The position numbers and the translations under genes were made by a program. This document shows, piece after piece, positions 39,445 to 63,448 of a stretch of 64,000 bases of DNA. The first letter of the stretch is position 1. Every line of letters begins with the position of its first letter. The DNA is from the human T2T-CHM13v2.0 reference genome, Homo sapiens. The notes under the pieces were generated by a model that was given only the letters and a program-made list of their open reading frames with translations, ran no database searches and was not told the DNA's origin. Location: the NCBI RefSeq assembly GCF_009914755.1, contig NC_060937.1. One strand, given 5' to 3'.

Positions 39445-40807
39445 TTATTTCATCCAATATATTTGTCAAAAGATCTTAACTTCTTTTCATTAGAAAAATA
39501 AAAATCAGAAACACACAAATGTGCCCATCAGACAGTGACAAAAAATGGCTTCAGCTTTTCAGTGCAAATATCACTTTAGATTGAGAGCAATCAATTATTC
39601 CACATAGTTTAAGAATTGTCATTTCATTAGCTGAGAACTTACCCCTCTTTTTTGTTTATAATGATACCATAGTAGATCTTTACAGAATTTTTGCTAACAA
39701 AGTACTTATGTCGTGTTTATCACATTCTGTTGATGGGCTTTTCTCTGAGGAACATAAAGAAAACTATCTAACAAATTAGTATGTTTTTCTAAATACTTAC
39801 AATTATTTTCATAATCTATTTTGAGATTTGATATATAGCTTACCTATTTATAGTTTATGGAGTTCACCTTCTCCCTCTTCTTCCTCCAGTAGCCATAGTT
39901 TCTCAAAGATTACAAAAATAATTCAGAGATTTAATTTTTAACTAATTGATCATAAATATATATATTCATTTGGAGTATCTGGATACCACATTACAATGCC
40001 TTCATCTACTTGAGGTTTCCTCTCACTAACATTTGTTCTACCTTTTACATTGTGAATCTAGTCTCACCAAGAGAGTCAAAACAGAATTTGAGACCTTCAT
40101 CCTTCACAGTTCATGCTACTGATCTATACACCAAGTCTAAAATCTGTGCATTTCTTATTTCTACTTTTTTCAAACATAATAAATAAAGTTTTATCATATA
40201 GGTAATCTCCAGTTGGCTTTCTACAATTTTCCGTCATTTATTCATATTTTAGTTGGTTAATAATTTAATTTTATATATTAGTGTTTCCCAAAGTAACAAG
40301 ACTGTAATTCAGCAAGTGAGTACTAAAATATCAGGGGACAAGATGCTTCCTGCATTAGATTTCTTTTTTCATGCAACCATATTATACTTTAGACTCAAGT
40401 TGAGTTAAAATAAAATGTTTTCAAAAACCTAGCACTGTGTGAATTTAATCTATGTTTCATTTATCACTTTACATTGTATTAGTTATCTCCACATTTTATA
40501 AACTATATAAATTATAATATCTCTCACTATGACATTAAAACACACCTTTTTACATGCTTTTCTTTTCTTGCATGTAAAACTATTTTATTTTATTTTATTA
40601 TTATTATACTTTAAGTTTTAGGGTACTTGTGCACAATGTGCAGGTTAGTTACACATGTATACATGTGCCATGCTGATGTGCTGCACCCATTAACTCGTCA
40701 TTTAGCATTAGGTATATCTCCTAAAGCTATCCCTCCCCCCTCCCCCAACCCCACAACAGTCCCCAGAGTGTGATGTTCCCCTTCCTGTGTCCATGTGTTC
40801 TCATTAT

Positions 40808-44634
<3,827 letters not shown>

Positions 44635-44697
44635 TATGATGTTAGCTGGTGATTTTGCTCGTTAGTTGATGCAGTTTCTTCCTAGCCTTGATGGTCT

Positions 44698-45714
44698 TTA
44701 CAATTTGGCATGATTTTGCGGCGGCTGGTACCGGTTGTTCCTTTCCATGTTTAGTGCTTCCTTCAGGAGCTCTTTTAGGGCAGGCCTGGTGGTGACAAAA
44801 TCTCTCAGCATTTGCTTGTCTGTAAAGTATTTTATTTCTCCTTCACTTATGATGCTTAGTTTGACTGGATATGAAATTCTGGGTTGAAAATTCTTTTCTT
44901 TAAGAATGTTGGATATTGGCCCCCACTCTCTTCTGGCTTGTAGAATTTCTGCTGAGAGATCCGCTGTTAGTCTGATGGGCTTCCCTTTGTGGGTAACCTG
45001 ACCTTTCTCTCTGGCTGCCCTTAACATTTTTTCCTTCACTTCAACTTTGGTGAATCTGACAATTATGTGTCTTGGAGTTGCTCTTCTCGAGGAGTATCTT
45101 TGTGGCGTTCTCTGTATTTCCTGAATCTGAATGTTGGCCTGCCTTGCTAGATTGGGGAAGTTCTCCTGGATAATATCCTGCAGAGTGTTTTCCAACTTGG
45201 TTCCATTCTCCCCATCACTTTCAGGTACACCAATCAGCCGTAGATTTGGTCTTTTCACATAGTCCCATATTTCTTGGAGGCTTTGTTCATTTCTTTTTAT
45301 TCTTTTTTCTCTAAGCTTCCCTTCTTGCTTCATTTCATTCATTTCATCTTCCATCACTGATACCCTTTCTTCCAGTAGATTGCATCAGCTCCTGAGGCTT
45401 CTGCATTCTTCACGTAGTTCTCGAGTCTTGGCTTTCAGCTCCATTAGCTCCTTTAAGCACTTCTCTGTATTGGTTATTCTAGTTATACATTCGTCTAAAT
45501 TTTTTTCAAAGTTTTCAACTTCTTTGCCTTTGGTTTGAATTTCCTCCTGTAGCTCGGAGTAGTTTGATCCTCTGAAGCCTTCTTCTCTCAGCTCGTCAAA
45601 GTCATTCTCCATCCAGTTTTGTTCCGTTGCTGGTGAGGAGCTGTGTTCTTTTGGAGGAGGAGAGGCGCTCTGGTTTTTAGAGTTTCCAGTTTTTCTACTC
45701 TGTTTTTTCCCCAT
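44698..45714 (-). pseudogene. L1PA4-like ORF1 with a single nonsense codon (codon 110)
   Basis: 1017 nt in one frame; TGA at 45385-45387. Confidence 0.95.
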
Positions 45715-45842
45715 CTTTGTGGTTTTATCTACTTTTGGTCTTTGATGATGGTGATGTACAGATGGGTTTTTGGTGTGGATGTCCTTTCTGTTTGTTAGTT
45801 TTCCTTCTAACAGACAGGACCCTCAGCTGCAGGTCTGTTGGA

Positions 45843-45970
45843 GTTTGCTAGAGGTCCACTCCAGACCCTGTTTGCCTGGGTACCAGCAGCGGTGGCTGCA
45901 GAACAGTGGATTTTCATGAACCACGAATGCTGCTGTCTGATCATTCCTCTGGAAGTTTTGTCTCAGAGGA
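45843..45970. promoter_or_regulatory. 5'UTR segment containing the ZNF93-binding region (present in the old L1, absent from the young L1)
   Basis: ~128 bp including cagcagcggtggctgc lies between gtctgttgga and taccc; the inner L1 reads gtctgttggaataccc at 51685-51700. Confidence 0.8.
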
Positions 45971-46659
45971 GTACCCAGCCGTGTGAGGTGTCAGTCTGCC
46001 CCTACTGGGGGGTGCCTCCAAGTTAGGCTGCTTGGGGGTCAGGGGTCAGGGACCCACTTGAGGAGGCAGTCTGCCCATTCTCAGATCTCCAGCTGCGTGG
46101 TGAGAGAACCACTGCTCTCTTCAAAGCTGTCAGACGGGGACATTTAAGTCTGCAGAGGTTACTGTTGTCTTTTTGTTTGTCTGTGCCCTGCCCTCAGAGG
46201 TGGAGCCTACAGAGGCAGGCAGGCCTCCTTGAGCTGTGGTGGGCTCCACCCAGTTGGAGCTTCCTGGCTGCTTTGTTTACCTAAGCAAGCCTGGGCAATG
46301 GCAGGTGCCCCTCCCCCAGCCTCGCTGCCGTCTTGCAGTTTGATCTCAGACTGCTGTGCTAGCAATCAGCAAGACTCCGTGGGCGTAGGACCCTCTGAGC
46401 CAGGTGCGGGATATAATCTCGTGGTGTGCCGTTCTTTTTTTTTTTTTTTTTTTTATTATACTCTAAGTTTTAGGGTACATGTGCACATTGTACAGGTTAG
46501 TTACATATGTATACATGTGACATGCTGGTGCGCTGCACCCACTAACGTGTCATCTAGCATTAGGTATATCTCCCAATGCTATCCCTCCCCCCTCCCCCGA
46601 CCCCACCACAGTCCCCAGAGTGTGATATTCCCCTTCCTGTGTCCAAGTGATCTCATTGT

Positions 46660-50510
<3,851 letters not shown>

Positions 50511-50549
50511 TCATTAGTTGATGCAGTTTCTTCCTAGTCTCGATGGTCT

Positions 50550-51566
50550 TTACATTTTGGCATGATTTTGCAGCGGCTGGTACCGGTTGTTCCTTTCCAT
50601 GTTTAGTGCTTCCTTCAGGAGCTCTTTTAGGGCAGGCCTGGTGGTGACAAAATCTCTCAGCATTTGCTTGTCTATAAAGTATTTTATTTCTCCTTCACTT
50701 ATGAAGCTTAGTTTGGCTGGATATGAAATTCTGGGTTGAAAATTCTTTTCTTTAAGAATGTTGAATATTGGCCCCCACTCTCTTCTGGCTTGTAGGGTTT
50801 CTGCCGAGAGATCCGCTGTTAGTCTGATGGGCTTTCCTTTGAGGGTAACCCGACCTTTCTCTCTGGCTGCCCTTAACATTTTTTCCTTCACTTCAACTTT
50901 GGTGAATCTGACAATTATGTGTCTTGGAGTTGCTCTTCTCGAGGAGTATCTTTGTGGCGTTCTCTGTATTTCCTGAATCTGAACGTTGGCCTGCCTTGCT
51001 AGATTGGGGAAGTTCTCCTGGATAATATCCTGCAGAGTGTTTTCCAACTTGGTTCCATGCTCCACATCACTTTCAGGTACACCAATCAGATGTAGATTTG
51101 GTCTTTTCACATAGTCCCATATTTCTTGGAGGCTTTGCTCATTTCTTTTTATTCTTTTTTCTCTAAACTTCCCTTCTCGCTTCATTTCATTCATTTCATC
51201 TTCCATCGCTGATACTCTTTCTTCCAGTTGATCACATCGGCTCCTGAGGCTTCTGCATTCTTCACGTAGTTCTCGAGCCTTGGTTTTCAGCTCCATCAGC
51301 TCCTTTAAGCACTTCTCTGTATTGGTTATTCTAGTTATACATTCTTCTAAATGTTTTTCAAAGTTTTCAACTTCTTTGCCTTTGGTTTGAATGTCCTCCC
51401 GTAGCTCAGAGTAATTTGATCGTCTGAAGCCTTCTTCTCTCAGCTCGTCAAAATCATTCTCCATCCAGCTTTGTTCTGTTGCTGGTGAGGAACTGCGTTC
51501 CTTTGGAGGAGGAGAGGCGCTCTGCGTTTTAGAGTTTCCAGTTTTTCTGTTCTGTTTTTTCCCCAT
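50550..51566 (-). CDS. L1HS ORF1p, 338 aa, open
   Basis: Full-length ORF1; REKG, ARR and YPAKLS motifs intact; R159H. Confidence 0.97.
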   Translation of the reverse strand: MGKKQNRKTGNSKTQSASPPPKERSSSPATEQSWMENDFDELREEGFRRSNYSELREDIQTKGKEVENFEKHLEECITRITNTEKCLKELMELKTKARELREECRSLRSRCDQLEERVSAMEDEMNEMKREGKFREKRIKRNEQSLQEIWDYVKRPNLHLIGVPESDVEHGTKLENTLQDIIQENFPNLARQANVQIQEIQRTPQRYSSRRATPRHIIVRFTKVEVKEKMLRAAREKGRVTLKGKPIRLTADLSAETLQARREWGPIFNILKEKNFQPRISYPAKLSFISEGEIKYFIDKQMLRDFVTTRPALKELLKEALNMERNNRYQPLQNHAKM

Positions 51567-52471
51567 CTTTGTGGTTTTATCTACTTTTGGTCTTTGATGA
51601 TGGTGATGTACAGATGGGTTTTCGGTGTAGATGTCCTTTCTGGTTGTTAGTTTTCCTTCTAACAGACAGGACCCTCAGCTGCAGGTCTGTTGGAATACCC
51701 TGCCGTGTGAGGTATCAGTGTGCCCCTGCTCGGGGGTGCCTCCCAGTTAGGCTGCTCGGGGGTCAGGGGTCAGGGACCCACTTGAGGAGGCAGTCTGCCC
51801 GTTCTCAGATCTCCAGCTGCGTGCTGGGAGAACCACTGCTCTCTTCAAAGCTGTCAGACAGGGACACTTAAGTCTGCAGAGGTTACTGCTGTCTTTTTGT
51901 TTGTCTGTGCCCTGCCCCCAGAGGTGGAGCCTACAGAGGCAGTCAGGCCTCCTTGAGCTGTGGTGGGCTCCACCCAGTTCGAGCTTCCCGGCTGCTTTGT
52001 TTACCTAAGCAAGCCTGGGCAATGGCGGGCCCCCCTCCCCCAGCCTCGTTGCCGCCTTGCAGTTTGATCTCAGACTGCTGTGCTAGCAATCAGCGAGATT
52101 CCATGGGCGTAGGACCCTCTGAGCCAGGTGTGGGATATAGTCTCGTGGTGCGCCGTTTCTTAACCCGTCTGAAAAGCGCAATATTCGGGTGGGAGTGACC
52201 CAATTTTCCAGGTGCGTCCGTCACCCCTTTCTTTGACTCGGAAAGGGAACTCCCTGACCCCTTGCGCCTCCCAGGTGAGGCAATGCCTCGCCCTGCTTCG
52301 GCTCGCGCACAGTGCGCACACACACTGGCCTGCGCCCACTGTCTGGCACTCCCTAGTGAGATGAACCCGGTACCTCAGATGGAAATGCAGAAATCACCCG
52401 TCTTCTGCGTCGCTCACACTGGGAGCTGTAGACCGGAGCTGTTCCTATTCGGCCATCTTGGCTCCTCCCCC
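51567..52471 (-). promoter_or_regulatory. L1HS 5'UTR: CpG-rich internal sense promoter (YY1 site at 5' end) and antisense promoter
   Basis: ccaagatggcc YY1 motif near 52451-52461; ORF0 ATG at 52022 (frameshifted). Confidence 0.9.
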
Positions 52472-52488
52472 ACGGTGTGCCGTTCTTT

Positions 52489-52800
52489 AAGCCCATCAGA
52501 AAAGCGCAGTATTCGGGTGGGAGTGACCCGATTTTCCAGGTGCTGTCTGTCACCCCTTTCTTTGACTAGGAAAGGGAACTCCCTGACCCCTTGCGCTTCC
52601 CGAGTGAGGCAATGCCTCACCCTGCTTCGGCTCATGCATGGTGCGCTGCACCCACTCTCCTGCGCCCTCTGTCTGGCACTCCCTAGTGAGATGAACCCGG
52701 AACCTCAGATGGAAATGCAGAAATCACCCGTCTTCTGCGTCGCTCACGCTGGGAGCTGTAGACCGGAGCTGTTCCTATTTGGCCATCTTGGCTCCAGCCC
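52489..52800 (-). promoter_or_regulatory. Displaced first ~310 nt of the L1PA4 5'UTR (second sense promoter, YY1 site)
   Basis: Near-duplicate of 52160-52471 ending ggccatcttggctcc; abuts the outer TSD. Confidence 0.88.
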
Positions 52801-53334
52801 CTTTTTACATGCTTAAAACACATGTATAACCCATTTATATTTTAAATTTTTTTATATTGTTGTATGTATAATTTTCCAGCAAGTACAATAATTTGAAATG
52901 AAGCAGCAATCTGTAAGCACTAGTTACAGGATTAAAATAATGTAATCCTTATTACAGTTGCACACTTTTAATACCATGTGTGAGCTCAAAGACATTTAGT
53001 GATAAACCCCAAATGAAATTGCTGGGCAACTCTGAAGGTTCCGGTGGAAAATGCATTTAGTAAATGTTCAAAGTTAGAAAACCATGAAGAATTGAAATTT
53101 ACCTTTGATGCTGCTCTGCAGGGTGCTGGCAGTCAGGTAAAAGGCAAGCAGAGCCTGTGGTCGTCACATTCGGAGGCTGCGCATTGCAGAGCCATTACTG
53201 GACACTGACTCTGGTTGGTTTTTTTCTCAATTAGATTTGCTTCAATAGAAGAACAGGAAATGTTTCTCGAATAAACTGAATGCTTTTATAAATTAAAACC
53301 TCATGTATAAGTAGTTCAAGAAACTCAACTGTAT

Positions 53335-53638
53335 TTCTTTTATTTTTTTATTTTTTATTTTTGAGACAAGGTGTTGCTCTGTTGCCCAGACTGGAGTACA
53401 GCAGTGCGATCACAGCTCACTTCAGCCTTGACCTCTTGGATTCAGGTGATCCTCCCACCTCAGCCTCCTGTGTAGTTAGGACTATAGGTAGGTGCAGTAC
53501 GCCTGGCTAATGTTTTCTATTTTTTGTAGAGATGGGGTTTCACTATGTTGCTCAGGCTAATCTTGAATTCCTGACTTCAAGTGATTCACCTGCCTCAGGC
53601 TTCCAAGGTGATTATAGATGTGAGTCTCTACACTGGTC
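53335..53638 (-). mobile_element. AluJ-like
   Basis: Diverged antisense Alu (gatcacagctcacttcagccttgacctc); TSD tcaact..attt. Confidence 0.9.
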
Positions 53639-54239
53639 TCAACTTCATTTATTTAATTGAATGTTTAGAGGGAGCAACTTAACTCTCAGCAAATTAAGAT
53701 CTGCCAAATATGTATGTACACACATACACACATAATTTCACATATAATAGTCTGCTATATATGTTTCTGGTTCAAACTTCTTTGTGGATCCCTTTTGGAT
53801 GGTCAAGAAGTATTTTAAACCCTCAATTAAATTAAACAGTGTCTTTGTTTTAAATTAGCTTCTTCTTGGTCAATTCAGTCTCTTTTGTCTAAATGCTCAG
53901 GTTTGTCTTTTTAATTGAAAAAAATTATTATTTTAGTGTATCTACACAATCATTCTTCTCAAGATAGCATTTGAGTACAAAGAAAAACAATGTGTGCTGT
54001 GTTAATGACTGAGTCTCAAGTCCAGGCTTAAGTTTTTTGCTGTTTCCTGCACCCTTTAATCATCCACGCCATGCCTGGACTATCCCTTACCACACTTGAT
54101 CTCTCATAAACCTTCTGGCATCAGCTGATGGAGCCACTTCTGGTAAACTTGTTTCTCTCAACATCGGCCATGAGCAATGTTTTCAATCTCCCCAGCCAAC
54201 GAGTGTCACTTTGCTCTTGCTGGAGTATAACATCTATGG

Positions 54240-54519
54240 GGCTGGGTGCAGTGGCTCATGCCTGTAATCCCAGCACTTTGGGAGGCCAAGGCGAGTGCAT
54301 CACCTGAGGTCAGGAGTTTGAGACCAGCCTGATTAACACGGTGAAACCCAGTCTCTACTAAAAATACAAAATTAGCCAGGGGTGGTGGCGCATGCCTGTA
54401 ATCCCAACTACTTGGGAGACTGAGGCAGGAGAATCATTTGAACCAGGGAGGCAGAGGTTGCAGTGCAACAAGAGCAAAACTATGTTTCAGAAACAAAAAA
54501 ACAAGACAACAACAATAGC
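54240..54519 (+). mobile_element. AluS with internal right-arm deletion
   Basis: gttgcagt|gcaacaagagc junction; TSD aacatctatgg. Confidence 0.9.
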
Positions 54520-55059
54520 AACATCTATGGGGCTCCGTGGACCCCTGTACCTGGCCCCTGGCTTGAGTATTCTACCCTTTGGCTTCTAGGGGGCAATGTC
54601 ACCCCTCATAAAGGAATCTTCTTACAGCCCTTCTGGGTCACTTGTTACTTTTCACATCCCCCATTAAGAATGCTCAGTAACTTCTAGATCCCAGTAGGTT
54701 CTCTCCTCATGTCCCTTGTGCTGGTGCAGGGAAGGGACATTGTGCAAGACACTTCCGTTCAGAGACCAAAACAGGAAGTGGGACAGGAGACCTCTGTGTT
54801 CAGCATCAGTCTCAACATAGCTGGGATGTCTCTACCTTACTCCTTCAAGTTTTAGCTCTGTTTGAGGCCCCTACTATTGGGTGCCTTGCTTTCTTCTTTG
54901 ATTTCCCTCACTATTTCATAAGATCCTCTTTCCCTTTCCTGTCTGGTAGAAACACTCCTATATCATGTCCCCCTTCTCCTTACCCTGTATACTTTCTGGG
55001 TTTTAGATAGTACCTCCTTTTTTTCTTTGCAGGAGCACTAAACTTCAAGCTTAGTCTTA

Positions 55060-55419
<360 letters not shown>

Positions 55420-55689
55420 TTATGTTTTCAAAATATACTCTGGGTTGCACTATAAAGTGCTGTGTTTAGTGGCTTCTGCCTTGTGCTCATCACATGGAAG
55501 TGTGAGCAAGTGTCTTGAGCCATTCTCTAAACTCATCATTCCGTAATGCCTCTACCATTCAGTTTATAAGATGACATTTTCTTAACACACTCTTCCTAAG
55601 ATCATCCCACTGCTCTTACCTTATCATTCACTTTCCTAGGCAAGGCCTTTCTGTTTTGGACTTACATCTGCCGTATGAATATGAAAGGC

Positions 55690-55920
55690 GGAATAACAGG
55701 CTGGGCGCTGGAAAAAGATTTCCTGGTGTCAAAATTCTTACCTAATTATGGGAAGTAAGACAAATCATTTAATGTCTCCGTGCTTCAGTTTTCTTATCTT
55801 TAGTCATGAGTGTAATAACAGTTGTTGTGACAATTAAATGAGGTAATGCATAGAAAATGCTTAGAAAATACACAGGACCTGGCATGGGATTCGTGCCCTG
55901 TGCATTTTAGCTGTTATTAC
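55690..55920. mobile_element. MIR
   Basis: aatcatttaatgtctccgtgcttcagttttcttatc...aattaaatgaggtaatgcat. Confidence 0.65.
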
Positions 55921-55921
55921 G

Positions 55922-56340
55922 ATAGAATCAAAGCATCTCAGGTGTGGAAAGATGGTAGGTACAACCTTGCAGTGTTTGAAACTGCCTTTAACATTCCTGT
56001 AAAATATTTATACAACTTCTCCTTGAATGCCTCAAGTAAAAGGAGACTCGATACCTTCTAAGGTAATTCATTCTATCATTGGAGAAGTCTGGCTATTATA
56101 ATGTTCTCCTTTACCTCAAGTAAATATCTATCCCCCTGAAATATCTATTTATTATTCCTAGAAAGGTTTCTTGGGGCCATTTAAAATAAATCTAATTTTA
56201 CTTTTATTTGAGAGTCCTTTTAATATTTGAGCATAGTCAGCATGCCTGTTTCTTTTTCATATTGCATTTCCTCATGAGCTGAACAGTCAGGTATCTCTAA
56301 TTGGTCCTCTTACAATATGGTTTAAGTCCCTTTACCATCT
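55922..56340 (-). mobile_element. L3/CR1 fragment
   Basis: atagaatcaaagcatctcaggtgtggaaag...ccttgaatgcctcaagtaaaaggagactc... Confidence 0.55.
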
Positions 56341-56811
56341 GGGCATGGGAGGTCATGTAAGCTATCACGACTGCAGCAAGATCCTGTTATCCTGACAACA
56401 AATGGATTAGGGACAACTATGTTTCTTAAAATCAGACTAGAAGCATCCTTTAGCTCTTTGGAAATTATAGTCCACATGCAAGCATGGTAATTCTCCTTTT
56501 ATCCAATGTCACATAGAAATCAGGTGCTCTACAGTTGAGAGTTTTCCAAATAATATTAACCCTTTAAGCACCAAATTTTTTGGGGGTAGCAAGTGTGATA
56601 CTTCCCCAATTCTACAATCTTATGGTAGATTTTGTCAGTGCATACAAGTTATAGAATATACAGTGAATCCCAAACTTGACAGTTTAAAATTTGGAAAGTC
56701 AGAGGTAACGCATGCCTACAAATCACTGTAGAGCTTGGCAGTAGTGAACCATGTCAATTAGAATAACTCTGAGAATGCGCTGCAAGTTTAGAGGTGGGGG
56801 AGATCACCTCC

Positions 56812-56926
56812 ATCAGGTGTGGTCAGGAGTGAAGATCAGGTGTGATCAGGAGTGAGGATCAGGTGTGGTCGGGAGTGGGGATCAGGTGTGGCCAAGAGTG
56901 AGGATCAGGTGTGGTCAGGAGTGAGT
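56812..56926. repeat. Minisatellite, 23-bp unit x5
   Basis: atcaggtgtggtcaggagtgagg variants at 56812, 56835, 56858, 56881 and 56904. Confidence 0.95.
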
Positions 56927-57104
56927 GGGGAGGACTTCATGGTCAAGCGGGAAGACAGAATGGCCCTTCAGAATGGCTAGAGTTTTAAGAGGTAGAAATG
57001 TCAAGTATAACATTACAGGAGAAATTGCACTGAAGTGCTGGGGGGGTATGTACAAGAAGTGAGGGAGCACAAAGTGAAATCAGGAAGCAGTGGAACAGCA
57101 GGCT

Positions 57105-59570
<2,466 letters not shown>

Positions 59571-59574
59571 GAAA

Positions 59575-59902
<328 letters not shown>

Positions 59903-59914
59903 TCAAAACCCCTA

Positions 59915-60242
<328 letters not shown>

Positions 60243-60835
60243 CTAAGGTAGCTTCACCTCCCAAGCTGCCACTATCCTATAACCCTGTTACTTTCTCCTT
60301 ATCATCTCTTATTATATATATATTTATTTATATATTTATATTTATTTATATATATATATCTTTGATGCCCTTATCTAGATTTTAAAATTATAGGCACAAA
60401 TTGAATGTATACACAGGTAGCTTTCTACATTTATCATTAACATGCTGAGCATTCATTTGGCTTCTATAGTAGATAACAGCAAAAAAAGTCTGATTGGAGG
60501 TAATATAGTCAATCATAATTTCATTCCATCCATTCTGTTTTTGAGATGAATGCTCAGTTTTTCCTGCCATCTTCATTCTCTGTCCTGAGATGGCAGCTGG
60601 GGCTCACCGCTTTATGGCATCAATGGAAAGGCCTCTCATTGATCTTTTGCTGAGCAGTTCTGTGCTGCTTGGTTATTGAGCTTCATATGTACACATTGGC
60701 TGCAGTTACTTGTTGTGCCTGCTGTAACCTATGGTCATGACACCCACATTTTTAAAAATCTTTGAAAATAGTTTGCCTCTCCATTTACTTATCTTCCCTG
60801 TTCTGCTGCTGCCCCTCCTTTCTTGGGAAGCCCAG

Positions 60836-61275
60836 TGTCTTAGTCCATTTTGTGTTGCTGTAACAGAATACCTGAGATTTGGTAATTTATAAAGAAAAGA
60901 GGTTGAGTTGGCACATAATTTAGTGGCTGAAGAGCCCAAGGCTGGGTAGCTGCATGTAGTGAGGCCCTCAGCTTGCCTCAATTCACAGCAGAAAGTGGAA
61001 GGAGAGTGGGTGTGTGCAAAGAGATTGCATGGCGACAGAGGAAGCAAGAGAGAAACCGAGGAAACAAGGCTCTTTTTAACAACCCACTTCTGAGGGAACT
61101 AATCCATTCCAAGAGAGAAAAAGCTTACCCTCAGGAGAGTATTCATCTATTCATGAGGGATCCACGCCCATTCCCCAAACATTTCCCACTAGGCCCCACC
61201 TCTCAACACCACCACATAGATGAACAAATTTTAACATAAGTTCTAGTGGGGATAAACCATATCCAAACCATAGCA
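60836..61275 (-). mobile_element. MST (MSTB/D-like) MaLR solo LTR
   Basis: tgtcttagtccattttgtgttgct...atccaaaccatagca; perfect 5-bp TSD cccag. Confidence 0.9.
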
Positions 61276-61391
61276 CCCAGGAATGCTCTAATGCTACATT
61301 GATGATGAAAATTGTGCCTAGGATGTATGTAGCATCGTCAACTACATTAGTGGTTATGCTCTGGGGGGCAGTGCACACTCCTCCTCCCTAT

Positions 61392-61690
61392 TGTATCAGT
61401 CAGGATGGACTAGGTTACATTGTGGTAACAAGCACCTCCCAAAAATCAGTGGCTCAAAAACCAATAGTTTATTTCATGCTTATGTTACATGTCCTTCAAC
61501 TTCATCTGGGGCTTTGCTCTGCATCACTCCAAGGACCATTGGATGTGGCAGTTGTCATCTTGAACATGAAACATGCCATTTTCACTCACATTTTATCGGC
61601 CGAAGCAAATCACACAGCATGCCTAACTTTCAGGTTAAGGCAATATACTTCCACTGCAGGCTCAGGAACTATTTGGTAAAGAGCGCTAAT
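61392..61690 (-). mobile_element. Old MLT1 LTR fragment
   Basis: tgtatcagtcaggatggactaggttac...aaaatcagtggctcaaaa. Confidence 0.6.
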
Positions 61691-61743
61691 TACTCATGAT
61701 CCCTGCAGTCATCCTGATTGACACCACTTTTGGTCTTAAACTT

Positions 61744-61745
<2 letters not shown>

Positions 61746-61792
<47 letters not shown>
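61746..61792. repeat. (TG)n microsatellite
   Basis: Direct reading. Confidence 0.97.
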
Positions 61793-61794
<2 letters not shown>

Positions 61795-63160
61795 AGAATC
61801 ACCAGGAGGGCTTGTTAAAACACAAATTGCTGAGCCTCATTCAGAATAGGTGTGAGGTGGGTCCAGGAATCTGCATCTCACAGGTGAAGGCGATGCTGTT
61901 GGTGGAGAGAGCTGCTACTCTACAGCTCAGAAGCTGTTGGTTTGTGAGGCTTCTCTAAGAAGCTTGCTGCCTCTGGAGACTCACTCTGGGAATTAAAGCA
62001 TGTATTGCTGCATTCCCTTAAAGAAATCTGGCATTTCTCTTAGAGCTTATGTTATTGTACTGCTGTTCTACCACAAGCTCATGCTTGCGGGTAAAGTGCT
62101 GGTCGCTCTTGAAGTTCAGGCAATAGACCTTACCCATGTCCAGTCTTCTTTTTCAATAAGTTTTTATTTAATAAATAAATGTTAACAGTTTCTATCATGC
62201 AAAGTACACATGCAGTGGCTCCAGCCTCTTTGCTGGGACTCTTTGAAGAGGTTTAACTAGCTAGCAACTAACAACTTTCAAGCCTTTGTAGGCTCATCCT
62301 ATAAGTCTAATGTGAAGGTTCTATGTAAATGAATGAGGGTTTAAAAAACTACTATATGTGAAAGGAAAAACACGATCGATTACTGCTAAGAACATATAAT
62401 TAAGTTTAGTCAATAAAGTATTCTGTAAGGAACTTGCTTTAATAAATATAAAAATGATGTTGTTTAAAGAGATTTTCATGAATTTTAAACATTAGCCCTG
62501 GCATTCATTTGTAATATAGGGAAAAATTTTGCTAAGGTCGAAATTTGGCTCATTCCTGGTTCAAACTTTAAGAAATCCCATATTATTGGAGTCACATTAG
62601 TATAGTTCAGCTCTATTTACAAATCGCATTGGATACATTTGAGTTGGGATGTATAGGGACAGTTTTCCTGAAAGTAGAGCTATTTCGTCAGAATAAGTTC
62701 CCACCCAGCTGATTCATCATACCCTGAAATGCCATGCTATTTCTGAAACATTTGGTTAAGCCAGCTGATATTTTTAAGTAGATGTTATCACCTCTCCTCT
62801 AAGGCTAAACAAACATATCTGTCTCCACCTAGGCTAGAAGTTTAAGGGATAATATGTGTGCACATTAGACTCATAGATTTTACCAAATGAAATATTCTAC
62901 TCTACGATAGCATTTCTTTTTCAAAATATTAATCTAGTCTTCACCATTAAGACACAGCGTTCTTTACTTTCATAATAGGTTTTGCTTCTCATTATAAAAA
63001 TAGTACATATCCATCATAGTAAGTTTAGAAAACATAAAGTGAAAGAAAAGTCACCTCTGATTCCATGGTTCAGAGATATTGCGAATGTATTAGTTTATAT
63101 TCTTCTAGTCCTTTATTTTTCTTGTGCTTATAAAAATATCTTTTAAAAATGATAATGTAG

Positions 63161-63448
63161 GGCCAGGCGTGGTGGCTCACGCCTGTAACCCCAGCACTTT
63201 GGGAGGCCAAGGCAGGCAGATCACCTGAGGTCAGGAGTTGAGACCAGCCTGGCCGACGTGGTGAAACTCCGTCTCTACTAAAACTACAAAAATTAGCTGG
63301 GCATAGTGGCACATACCTGTAATCCCAGTTACTAGGGAGGCTGAGGCGGAAGAATCGCTTGAACCTGGGAGGCAGAGGCTGCATTAGGCCAAAATCGCGT
63401 CACTGCACTCCAGCCTAGGCAACAGGGTGAGATTCTGTTGAAAAAAAA

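Noticed and set aside
52022-52198. Intact ORF0 in the young L1
   Set aside because: Frameshift after VVRRFL gives an aberrant short C-terminus.
52262-52816. 184-aa plus-strand ORF with an internal repeat
   Set aside because: Antisense read of the duplicated L1 5' ends with a non-ATG start; useful only as evidence of the split ORF0.
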